DNA of 33,567 nucleotides. Origin: Trichomonas gallinae. Lineage: Eukaryota. Of this stretch, positions 21,901 through 29,935 are shown in pieces. The stretch spans positions 1 through 33,567 of the forward strand of contig MRSU01010201.1 in NCBI GenBank assembly GCA_008369845.1, in the 5' to 3' direction. Positions within the stretch are counted from its first letter, which is position 1. Each line of letters begins with the position of its first letter. Under the pieces are notes generated by a model. That model was given only the letters and a program-made list of their open reading frames with translations. It had not been told where the DNA came from and did not search any database. Made by a program: the position numbers and the translations under genes.

Positions 21901-24900
21901 ACACATCCACGCCAATAGTTTGACTAAATATCTCGCGTGTGAATACTCATGCATTTTCTCTGTTTTATGCGAATTCAGCTTCTTCATGCATCTAACGAAA
22001 GAATTGTGTATTCTATCCACCTGTCGCTTGTTGAGTGATTCGACTACGAACTGAAAAAAAGTTTGGTGGATCGGCCGAGGGTCAGACTGTTCGTCCCTCA
22101 CCTCACCGAACCTTTGCGTGAAAATGAACTGGTAAACGAAAGCTTTTGAGTTCTTCTCCGTTGACTCCTTGAACTGAGTGATAAACAAAATCAGCTGCTT
22201 TATGATAAAATCGTGGATTTCTTTTTGCTTGGACATCTCAACTAAGCCTATATTAGCTGCAGTGATAGTTTGCTGAGTCTTTGTTGGCTTCGACATTCTG
22301 AGCATTCTATGGACAATAGAATTGACGAATTTTAAGTCCTGAGGCATGTACTGTCTTGAAAACACGTATTCACGTAATAATGATAATGTGTTGTCATAAT
22401 CAAAAGTGCATGCTTCAAAAAGACTTGATATAATGACAGGGAAATTCTCATCTACAGGAATGTATCTCAATGTTGTCTTAAAGATAGATACAGCTGTCGG
22501 TGCTGACTCTTTGTAATGGCAGAGAATGGCGATGTTGTTAGCGAATTCTATTTTGTTGGGTATTATATTGATCGTGTCTGAAACATTCTTCATCACTAAT
22601 TCCTCGAAGTAAATCACTGAGTAAAGGGTCGGCGGAATCAGCCTGTTGTAGTGCATCGCTGTCTCTGGCTTGAAGACCATCGCGTTGTGCTTGTGAAGGA
22701 ACAGAGCAAGCTCGTTGATGATCTTGGATGTTGTGCACTCAAGAAATGTTTTCTTTTCGAGTAGATTGATGAATGCTTTCGTGAGAAAATCGATCTGCTC
22801 TGGCTCTGGGTTGTCCAATGACTGTATTTTCGCGAAAATTGGATCGATTGGGATTTCAACATCATCAACATATGCGATTGTGAATTTTGGAGTAGAGTCT
22901 GGAAGCTGAATTGCAGATGACATGACTTTTTCTGGAATTCTCCTTAAAATTGCACGAGCATAGTCGCATTCTTTGGACTCACCTTTCATTAAAATAGTAG
23001 ATAAAGTGGAAACGAACTTCATTGCGACGTTTGGATTTAAATGTTCAAAAATTGTTTGGATATTTGGAGTCAAAGCAGTGTAAAGGATGTTGAGGTATGT
23101 CGTTAATTCGTTCTTTGGTGACTTTAAAGCGCAAAGGAAAAGCTGGAACCAATCATCATATCTTGTAGCTGCAGCAACCTTTTGTAGAAGTGGATAAATG
23201 ACTATAGCGAGGTTAGAAATCGTAAGATCGTTTTCATTGTTCTTCAAAATATCGATAAAGAACTGATTATAACTTTCCATCGGTTTAACGATGGAATCGA
23301 GCTTATCTTGGAATGTCATTGGAGCCATCTTCTGTGGCTGATTTGGATTTGGCGCCATTTGGGCGCTGCCTTGCGATTGTAATTGTTGAGACATTTTATT
23401 GTATTCGGTAAAGAGAGGAATTAAGATTGTTTCTATGAGATATGAGTCATTTTTTTCAAGTATTTGCATGATAATTAAGAAAAGTTCCTTGCAAATACTT
23501 GTGCATTGTTGTGACGTTAATTTAACGACATCTTTGAAAAAAACTATCTGATTGACTTTCTGTAATATGTCTGCTGTGAGTTTGTGCATTGTCGTGACTT
23601 TCTCTGAGATAATTTTGTATAATTGCGAGATATAATAAACTTTTTGCTGTATATTCGAGCTTAAAATCTTCGAATGGAATTCCACGAGGTATGAGTGGCT
23701 GTCATCCTCAGGAAGAAACAGTTCGATCGTATTTTTCCAAAAAGAAATAATTAAAGCCGGAGAAAGCCTGTCGACTGATTGTTCGATGAAATTAATGAAG
23801 AATTCGTAGCGTTTGTTGATATCTTTGAGTTTAACATGATCGAAAGTGAATTTTGCGTGATTTGCTAATCTTAAAGCTATCTGATACTTTAATTGGTCGA
23901 TCGAATTGCGTGGATTCGTCCACTTTAGTGAGCACTGATCTATAGTCTTCAGTGAGCGCAGCATGTAGTTGTTGATTTTCGACCAATCTTCAGTAGTAGA
24001 TAAAGATTGTTCGAAATCTAAACGAGCAACTTCGAAACAGTCAACGACCTGGTCAACCATATCGTGTATAATGAACGGGTCCCCCTTGGCAACAGCCTCA
24101 GGATTCAAGTTTGGAAAGATATTAACTAAACTGTGCTGAAAATCTGGCGGAGTTTGGGCAGATGACAGGACAGTTATGGTCCTGGCGAAGACATCTGGCA
24201 CAAAAGCGGGCCTTAATGGCGCGATTTTTGAGCAAAAATACAAAGTATAAGATGTTCTCCTTGATTTCAAGAAGTACGGCATTGTAATTGCGTATAATTG
24301 CTTTTGGAACTCCTGTATAACATAATTGCCCAGTTCTTGATCTTTAGGATTGAACAGAAACGCGCAGATTAATAGAAAATTTTGGTAAATCTGGGAGTAG
24401 GCTGGTTCTTTTGGTATAGTTGTTTGCAGATTTCGAAGTATTTGGTATATTTCGGGCGATTGGACCGAATTATCTTGTCCTCGCCTTGGCTCGAATAATC
24501 GAGCAACGATTCTCAACGATTTTGCACAGAGTCTAAGGATTGTTGGGTTGATATAATGCTTAGGCAGGGCCAGTATGTTTTGTGCAAAATGAAGAAATGG
24601 AAGTGCAAGATCGTTTTTGTTTAATTGTGCCTGATTAGTCGAATAAATTTGGGCAAATGACTCAATGATACTTGTCGTTATGGAAAAGTCTAGGTAAGTG
24701 ATGTTGTTTGAGTACATGTTGATTGTCGAGACAGACCAATTCAGCAAATCAATCAGTCCGTTAGGAATTCCATGTTGTGCTGTTAAGTAGTGCTCTACTA
24801 AAAATATATAGGCGGACTCTGTAGTTTCATCTAATTTCGTCAAACAGCTAAAAGAAAGTTCCTCAAATTTTCGAGAATATTCTTGATTGAAGTAGATAGG

Positions 24901-25146
24901 CTTAACGCACCTCAAAATATTGAAAATTCTCTTTATGAGAGATTTTTCGTTGAGGTCACCCGTTTGATTCTGACTTGCGTACATGTTTAAGTAAGGAATA
25001 ATATAATCAAAAATCCGAACGACAAATTGTTCAATTTTATCGCTGGACTCGAACAGGAGGAAGTCTTCGAGTATATCTAGTACGTCATTCGAGAGATTTG
25101 GGCTTGCACCTTTCCCAAAAAACTCGAAAAATTTCGCACCTGACAT
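15943..25146 (-). CDS. TRRAP: TRRAP/Tra1-like pseudokinase of the PIKK family (helical repeats, FAT, pseudo-kinase, FATC), 3067 aa
   Basis: C-terminal blocks parallel Tra1/TRRAP: ARFTLENGEIMTVSIV...SREAVF...LSNHPSTNTRQPFLFYP...VYPGINIV, NFCYARNAISSQIG, VLLSPQLMGML....LLGSFSASWLATMQCL. The FATC-like end is LVDHLISTAKNSFVSSDEGFSWI*. No DRHxxN or DFG catalytic motifs. Confidence 0.75.
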   Translation of the reverse strand: MSGAKFFEFFGKGASPNLSNDVLDILEDFLLFESSDKIEQFVVRIFDYIIPYLNMYASQNQTGDLNEKSLIKRIFNILRCVKPIYFNQEYSRKFEELSFSCLTKLDETTESAYIFLVEHYLTAQHGIPNGLIDLLNWSVSTINMYSNNITYLDFSITTSIIESFAQIYSTNQAQLNKNDLALPFLHFAQNILALPKHYINPTILRLCAKSLRIVARLFEPRRGQDNSVQSPEIYQILRNLQTTIPKEPAYSQIYQNFLLICAFLFNPKDQELGNYVIQEFQKQLYAITMPYFLKSRRTSYTLYFCSKIAPLRPAFVPDVFARTITVLSSAQTPPDFQHSLVNIFPNLNPEAVAKGDPFIIHDMVDQVVDCFEVARLDFEQSLSTTEDWSKINNYMLRSLKTIDQCSLKWTNPRNSIDQLKYQIALRLANHAKFTFDHVKLKDINKRYEFFINFIEQSVDRLSPALIISFWKNTIELFLPEDDSHSYLVEFHSKILSSNIQQKVYYISQLYKIISEKVTTMHKLTADILQKVNQIVFFKDVVKLTSQQCTSICKELFLIIMQILEKNDSYLIETILIPLFTEYNKMSQQLQSQGSAQMAPNPNQPQKMAPMTFQDKLDSIVKPMESYNQFFIDILKNNENDLTISNLAIVIYPLLQKVAAATRYDDWFQLFLCALKSPKNELTTYLNILYTALTPNIQTIFEHLNPNVAMKFVSTLSTILMKGESKECDYARAILRRIPEKVMSSAIQLPDSTPKFTIAYVDDVEIPIDPIFAKIQSLDNPEPEQIDFLTKAFINLLEKKTFLECTTSKIINELALFLHKHNAMVFKPETAMHYNRLIPPTLYSVIYFEELVMKNVSDTINIIPNKIEFANNIAILCHYKESAPTAVSIFKTTLRYIPVDENFPVIISSLFEACTFDYDNTLSLLREYVFSRQYMPQDLKFVNSIVHRMLRMSKPTKTQQTITAANIGLVEMSKQKEIHDFIIKQLILFITQFKESTEKNSKAFVYQFIFTQRFGEVRDEQSDPRPIHQTFFQFVVESLNKRQVDRIHNSFVRCMKKLNSHKTEKMHEYSHARYLVKLLAWMCTTESMGDMAEYFWRESFKIIREQKLITMLGYFLKKIKNFIKKIGGTLTYCPTDLKFESTVQELYLFEFLLENQKVNPLEEFASSLYRFILQQAKIAPPNYLTPVFKVIGAFPQQFMSPELKKLIRSGFDLSCVFASPPEVFVKSFQRECVQIIMEMFSEQFELKYINLVERLFNHKDLGDFRDEIISRLSTNVANIFTYLENHKTEISKQLQYRPQHMQQQMQQQMQMQQMQQQQMQQQQMPQQQQMQQQMQQQMQQNQQRQQQYQMQQQMQQQLQQQFQQQMQQQQNQQQNTNSQQQQTPMNPQQMQQQMKQAMQQQLQAQMQKNQQQNQQQDTKPLTQQQIQQMSQNFAKLQQQSRQQQYQSFQQMSMMMGKQNSQKINAQPSPMSPQMMQNIPQSMLQQMSQQLSNSQLQSQMQSQMQSPMPQSSSMNNTPMQSPLPPQPPVPNPTPSQVQQQMRNQMQQQQVQQVQQQPQQIITSSLAANLILNRLYKHLPNILKYGCSENTLYNAQVLVKEIIKQSKTDQTFQLTVFRPALFIAAVQILFPVECIDVVEKSQLLMSMIPENINFIVQQPLMFTHSLLVSRFVKIAKHFITKGYQLIDFLNNAPIPNILSRVFQSWLRYEILKEMPPETLTYFTGNFQSMIPSDSLLNDNLIRYYNAMLHNIKNMQVQDFTFCGIESISHDIHAVAIMTNALPAESIPNFSRLVSVARTIKAKDESNLSFRDAMTEVFNFLVWKIPCVTNSSKVAFRTAGTSPSVFNPNNLNFAKSVLRFTYINSFTKYQIHEMYTYFLPSIYESIVSTPEHIAHPRIFDVIVYMILNNPPDSKFLTFEQFPAALNKIKDSLTTVNVNSKYLQLIRTHLTEKLPKDLSSAQYSFYLQVVAAIAKLMAADNSLKRLPVVLSGFQLLQPPKEFVSLYQKALKDIVISGGSRVAEFAINEIYSAMKITVNSPFSQPQKSPFGTVVQWISEFTNSPHFKIMLFLFDAVFPQSEPQLLAEITKLKYPIHPYVINEVNKVLKTKFPKAYSACYKYAKNRIFVVQQEPNIVDACWENDWAAQHNEIHIQIFARMFLPSSISMIALFLDLPSIQALLITALHSSPVLMFPRFVTFMKYYIRLFPNSSLSAVFNITPPFHHSKPLPNSPTYSNMFFLEQLNLTDDALGLAREELPVLSTAYSYSHLCQYEAAFASFIDSTYQHPECYSQAIIQMRSAAINLSFPWANDMFASIIVQKNDTSPHYIYLPFLTYFSHSLDPHRRNEFSNTTYFSSSFITTMSRSVIAEEAIGACKMMSAAMSQMQDGRSTDDIRFWTNVWLPTLDRLCTTASSLGWRIIVLQNTLKEIHRHDNYSDLLMQNYINFAQLLVNVGAIRRSFDVRLKAMHHADDRLTDYPDTALPRLSNYLMNARMKKIQFNRQLVCFFMGVHDIQNAYNFTNMCLMPQEQCRANIKFLTFIATKQPGFLDLNSLMMKLADYFAIASKEDYMSLIAVIIMIVRQYRPRAGDIFNSIVSRTQPTKLHPMWISWLQIIFECCDTIPPQFFVSLVDNFPIHFIMTALHIRLTQKSPLIQQTLEFIQQRKHTKAILTDIHMLFQFLKDSEETLSRVRKVVWAHRTLFMALTKPSRPVPPEVQTELGINPTLPDLCNFCASNPPYYMTQHRAKVIPLQGCRIPVGESTEIVTAMEVIGDGTQDATARFTLENGEIMTVSIVPDGRFNFNSREAVFTKYISSKLSNHPSTNTRQPFLFYPQSYCVYPGINIVFAPQIQWLHGLAGNAPVINSMARAVGASIQYMDMTRPLDEISPFISKARKNFMLPQVDAFKWLVEGSDGSISNFCYARNAISSQIGSIYAVRAIAHTPSPVFPTIALYADRTRISISDWFPQNAYTVSSVLLSPQLMGMLPQYSLLGSFSASWLATMQCLYESKDELEALLFSLSVDANQFIANLSYAAPMMTEDTDKYDHPFPFMLVDHLISTAKNSFVSSDEGFSWI
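20476..21255 (-). repeat. In-frame Q/M-rich low-complexity repeat, (MQQQ)n followed by S/P/Q-rich sequence, ~260 aa
   Basis: Mixed CAG/CAA/ATG codons (e.g. CAGATGCAGCAACAA) encoding QHMQQQMQQQMQMQQMQQQQ...MQSQMQSPMPQ...QQQPQQ. Confidence 0.95.
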
Positions 25147-25849
25147 CTCTAATCAAGCTATCGTCCAAATTTCTTTCAAATACAATTTTTATTCGATATT
25201 TGGATTACATATAGTCTATAGACCTTAGATTCACTGTTAAATTCATCAGACAATTTTTTATTTTTTTGCATTTTTTTCTGATTCGAGATTTGGGCTAATA
25301 ATTCGCATTTACAAACAAAGTGAAGCTACAGGGCCCCAAAAAAATGTAAAAATTTATTTTGAAGATAATAACCTTAATATGTGGAAAATTTTGCAAAATT
25401 CTCAAAATTTCACCATTTTTAATATATCAATATATACTGTTACTATTATTAAATAAAATCTATTATTTAAAATATGATAATTTCCAATATTTTTAGATAT
25501 TTTTTGTATTTTATAAAGAAAAATTTAATATTTAAATATTAAACGAAATTCACATATAACATCAAATCATTTTACTCTCGTAATTATACTAAAACAACAT
25601 ATTATCATATCTAAAAACTCGATAAAATAATCGTACTCAGAATAATATCGAATAATATAGGATTATTTAAATATTTCTAATTTTATCTCATGAGATAATC
25701 GATTTTTAGCTAAATAAATATGAAACACAATCATTATATTTTAAAATGCATGTATTTATGAAGCTTATAAACAATTTCATAAATAAATTTTGCCTAAAAA
25801 GTGACATAATTTCAATAAATACATCATATTTATATAAAAAAGACAGTAA

Positions 25850-26779
25850 ATAATATGGTTATTAATAAAACATATTATATCAGAGGAATACTCGTATCGG
25901 AATGGAGAGTTTATCGACTTTCGGCGGCCGCCAATTCGATTCTCTCAACAATCAGAAATTGCATTAACAGTTAGTTACGTATATTTTGAACGATGCATAT
26001 CAAATGAAAATGGTGGATGCATACTCTACGAAGTTGACTCTTCGACCGCTTTAATTGAAAAAGCTTTCGCTTTTAATTGTCGATCAGATTCAGATAATGG
26101 ACATTTCGCCTATTTTTCTAGTATAACATCAAAAGAAAGCGAATATATGAACTTCTCTCTAGTGTCTATTGCTCAAAGCGGCGTTGCTCTAACAGGCGCA
26201 TCTATGATTTGGGTATTTAAAGCTAGAGAGATAGTTGACAATATAAATTCATCGTATAATACTAATAAAAGACACGCATTCATTATATTCTGGGATTCTT
26301 CCTTTAATAATACAGTTAAATTTGCAACTATAGCTAAAACAAGTGCACATAACGATTGGAACATATTTTGCATATGCCACGAACAGTGTAGCCTTGAGCA
26401 CAGCTGCTTTATAAATAATTCTCAAATTTATAATGGATATGGAGAAATCGAATCATTTGAGGCAGGTGCAGTAATAAATATTATTTCATGCACGTTCGAT
26501 TTATATCCAATGACAACGTTTTATACTCATAATTCAGGTTTAATTTATATTTTTAACACATATGCTCCTGGAAGTACAAAATCCGGCAATATTTACGATT
26601 CATCGATGCCTACACAAAAATATGAATTGAAAATCGACCATTTCTTTTATTATAGAAATATAATTGATGATCCAAAAGTTCAAGCAAGTTTAAAGATGCT
26701 CTGCCCTAGTGAATATGATCCACTTTTTCTTCATAGAGCATCCATGCAATTATTTATGGTACCAATCTATTGCCCATGA
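25850..26779 (+). CDS. Putative secreted/surface protein with Pmp-like or beta-helix features; apparent start codon is ATA (possible pseudogene)
   Basis: The frame of track ORF 26147..26779 is open back to the TAA at 25847-25849. This adds IIWLLIKHIISEEYSYRNGEFIDFRRPPIRFSQQSEIALTVSYVYFERCISNENGGCILYEVDSSTALIEKAFAFNCRSDSDNGHFAYF... The extension has a short hydrophobic N-terminus and an FxxCxSxxxGGCI motif, and a CFINN motif follows downstream. Confidence 0.55.
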   Translation: MIWLLIKHIISEEYSYRNGEFIDFRRPPIRFSQQSEIALTVSYVYFERCISNENGGCILYEVDSSTALIEKAFAFNCRSDSDNGHFAYFSSITSKESEYMNFSLVSIAQSGVALTGASMIWVFKAREIVDNINSSYNTNKRHAFIIFWDSSFNNTVKFATIAKTSAHNDWNIFCICHEQCSLEHSCFINNSQIYNGYGEIESFEAGAVINIISCTFDLYPMTTFYTHNSGLIYIFNTYAPGSTKSGNIYDSSMPTQKYELKIDHFFYYRNIIDDPKVQASLKMLCPSEYDPLFLHRASMQLFMVPIYCP

Positions 26780-27000
26780 ATAATTAAATTTTTCTAATAA
26801 ACAAAGAAATTGCCTTATGTATATATGAATACATATGCATTAGAGCTTGATTAGTTAAGTTTTTGATCTTAGAAATAACTTTTTTGTGATGTGAATTTTT
26901 GTTTTAAAATATGATTTCTAAAAATCGGATGAGGAATAATATAGCCGAGAACGATTTCAAAATAAATGATTATTACTAGAGCGGTATGTAGTTTCGATAA

Positions 27001-27193
27001 ATTACATGACAAATATAAAGATTTACATGCCAATTATTAGGTTTTACACGTCAAGTATATTTTTACGATCGAGGGAATTTTTACATGTCAAAAAAATTGG
27101 AATAAATTCGAAGTCGGAAAATAAAAATATATAATTTATTATATATCAATGAAATATCTATCTCTAGCGATCAACCATTTTTTTTACATGTCA
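27001..27193 (+). repeat. Phased cluster of TTACAYGTCA-type motifs
   Basis: ATTACATGACA at 27001, TTTACATGCCA at 27022 and TTTACACGTCA at 27043 (exact 21-bp steps), plus TTTACATGTCA at 27080 and 27183. Confidence 0.7.
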
Positions 27194-27573
27194 AAAATAA
27201 ATCGAAAAAAAAAAATTATCGATATGAAGAAAACGTGACACTTCCCCGATACCCAATCATAAATATTTTATAAATAGCCAATATCGCTTCATTATAGCCT
27301 CATTATTCGCAATATCCTCAAAATATATAATTTGTATCGTCAAAAATAAACATCAGAAAATGAAAAACTTTATCGTCATGTTGTAAACAATTCAATGACC
27401 ACTTATATCCGTTTATAATGGATTTATTCACATCTTTTATTTCGCTTTTGTTAACACCTCAGAATTAATTGTCTCAATTTATATCGTCTTTAAATCTCAA
27501 CATGTTCTATTATTGTGTGTAAATTAAATTTTGTGATTTAAATTTTTTGTAAATTTAGACCAAATTTTTTTTT

Positions 27574-27578
27574 TCATA
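27574..27578 (+). promoter_or_regulatory. Possible initiator (Inr) element of the B56 gene
   Basis: TCATA about 30 nt upstream of ATG 27605 fits the trichomonad Inr consensus TCAYW. The motif is short and could occur by chance. Confidence 0.4.
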
Positions 27579-27604
27579 AAACGTAATTTTTTAAACATAA
27601 AGTG

Positions 27605-29512
27605 ATGAGTTTGCAGATGGGATTAAGTGCGACTCATCCAAGTCTGTCCGGTCGTTCGGCCAGTGCGGCTACTCGCAAGCAAGTCAATTATTACGCTTTT
27701 CGGCATATGCAACTCGCGCCATTAGATTTAGATGACGAAAATGATGACGCTAGGAGCGTGAACAGCATGATGGACCCAACGACTGCAGAGCTTAGCTTGC
27801 CTCTGAAAGGTCCAGTTGCTCATAATGTTTCTACATCAGCGTTAAAACAAAAAAGTTTACTTCCTCCGCTAAGAACTGCATCTGAAACGAATAACTTACG
27901 CAAATCTTGTTTACCACCGCTTAAAAACGGTCCACTCGCAATTAAAGCTAAACATAATCCGATGCTCTTCCAAAAATCTTATCCAGAATTACGAGAACCG
28001 ATTTATTTCGACGAGGTGGGTCCAAAAATACTACACATCATACCAATAGCGCAAGCACAGCGTCCAACAACTCCAAAACCTTCCCCAACTTTAGATAACG
28101 AATTGACCGGGGCAATCGCGATTGCGTGCCAAAGAAACTTCGAGAAAGGAGAGCCTAGGCTTGCCAAGCCTCCGCCCTTGCCAACTTTCAAAGATCCTAC
28201 GTTTTTGGCGAATTTAGAAGAAAAAATCAAAATTTGTTCGTTAATTTACGATTTCAACGACAACGGACCAATATCAGCAGACAGAGATATAAAATCAAGA
28301 TGCTTATGCGAAATTGTTCAATTTTTCGAAAATCCGAATGAAGTCAAGAAAATTAACGAAGAAACTCAAGAAAAAATATTCGAAATGGTCCAAAAGAATA
28401 TATTCGATCAAACACTCATATTCCCAGACCCTCTTATCTCACAAGGTTACGTAAATGTTGTTCAAGATACTGGCTGGCATCATTTATTCTATTGCTACCA
28501 GATATTGAACAGATTCGCGCAACTATTCCCAGAATCGCCTTTACTTAATATGACTGTCATAAGAAAAATCTTCTTTTTAATGAATATTCCAGATAATAAC
28601 GAGCGTTTACAGCTTTTGTCATTTTTGAGAACGTACTACGATTTTCATAACGACGAGCGTCCTGCTTTATTAACTTTAACTTACCAGCAGCTTCTAGAAT
28701 ACGTAAATGGAATGTTACCACCTTATTGCGTCCCGCCTTTACTCGTCTTCACTTCCCACATGTTCACACGCTTAAACAGAGTTTTCACGCCCGAAATTCT
28801 TAAATTAATTCGCCAAGCTGTTTTTCCATTGATTATGTCACCGCACATTTATTTGTTCGGTCAGCATCTTCAACAGTTGCTTACATCTCTTTTCACAACG
28901 GACACAATGATCGCTCTTGAATTTTACAACTATTTATTATCTCATTGGCTTTCAAAAAGCACTTTGGTCATGTCTGCACACATAGAACTTCTCATATATG
29001 TATGCCAAAAGATACCACCTGAGCAAATGGCAAGTATGAGCAAAAGAACTTTCTTAATTTTATCACAATCGCTATTAACAACGCATTTGCGCATAATTAA
29101 CGCCACATTATATCTATGGTTAAGGCCAAAACTCGACCAGTGGGTTGAAAACGACAGTAGACATGCTGTCACTGTAATGTACGATAACGTAAAAAGGCTT
29201 TCTGAGCATCATTGGAGTCCCTATATCAGAGATAGAGCGTCTCAGGTGTTAGCTGAGATGGGTAGATTGAACAGAAATGCATTCCTCAAAATGAGGAATA
29301 AAAATACGAACGATTCTAGAAGAAAGAGATACGACGTTGAACACTCTTGCATGAAGAGTTGGGCAGCTATCGCTAAAGAGGCTTTGAATTTCGAGAAATA
29401 TGATGTAAAGAAGAAATTATACGAAATCAAAGATCTTTTCGATTTCAAGAAACAAGAAGCGTCCATTAATGAGCAGTTTGGTAAGACAAGCAAGAAAGAC
29501 TCTAAGGAATAA
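27605..29512 (+). CDS. Protein phosphatase 2A regulatory subunit B' (B56) family
   Basis: LEEKIKICSLIYDFND, DIKSRCLCEIV, GWHHLFYCYQILNRF, PDNNERLQLLSFL, PLIMSPH, YLLSHW, HLRIINATLYLW and HHWSPYIR follow the B56 domain. Long S/P-rich N-terminal extension. The ATG at 27605 directly follows the track's GTG. Confidence 0.85.
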   Translation: MSLQMGLSATHPSLSGRSASAATRKQVNYYAFRHMQLAPLDLDDENDDARSVNSMMDPTTAELSLPLKGPVAHNVSTSALKQKSLLPPLRTASETNNLRKSCLPPLKNGPLAIKAKHNPMLFQKSYPELREPIYFDEVGPKILHIIPIAQAQRPTTPKPSPTLDNELTGAIAIACQRNFEKGEPRLAKPPPLPTFKDPTFLANLEEKIKICSLIYDFNDNGPISADRDIKSRCLCEIVQFFENPNEVKKINEETQEKIFEMVQKNIFDQTLIFPDPLISQGYVNVVQDTGWHHLFYCYQILNRFAQLFPESPLLNMTVIRKIFFLMNIPDNNERLQLLSFLRTYYDFHNDERPALLTLTYQQLLEYVNGMLPPYCVPPLLVFTSHMFTRLNRVFTPEILKLIRQAVFPLIMSPHIYLFGQHLQQLLTSLFTTDTMIALEFYNYLLSHWLSKSTLVMSAHIELLIYVCQKIPPEQMASMSKRTFLILSQSLLTTHLRIINATLYLWLRPKLDQWVENDSRHAVTVMYDNVKRLSEHHWSPYIRDRASQVLAEMGRLNRNAFLKMRNKNTNDSRRKRYDVEHSCMKSWAAIAKEALNFEKYDVKKKLYEIKDLFDFKKQEASINEQFGKTSKKDSKE

Positions 29513-29935
29513 TTTTGTTACTTATTATTTCTATTTATTTGTCATTGATTTTTATAAATGTTTTATGTATTGTTTGAACGGACTCATCTTTTTATAGCAC
29601 ACATTAGTTTATCAAGATATTTTGGTTTTCAACATTTTATTATCGATATCAAATTATATAGGCCTATTATCAAATTTACATAGATGCGTGTTTTAATATT
29701 TTGATATCAGTATGCGATAAATATACAAATAATTTTTTACATTCATATTATTTTTGATTAAATCACAAAATATGATGAACCATATTAATATATCGATGTA
29801 AATGGTATTATTATACTTTGCTAAGTTATAAATAGTTTAATATTTTTCAAATTGCATAATATAAAATATATCTTTAATATAAAATGAAAATATAAATCCT
29901 TACAACATATACTACAAATAATAATGAGAATGACT

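Noticed and set aside
27448..27462. TTAACACCTCAG resembling the trichomonad intron 3' end (ACTAACACACAG)
   Set aside because: Several mismatches, no matching 5' splice site or upstream exon, and the B56 ORF has its own ATG and Inr.
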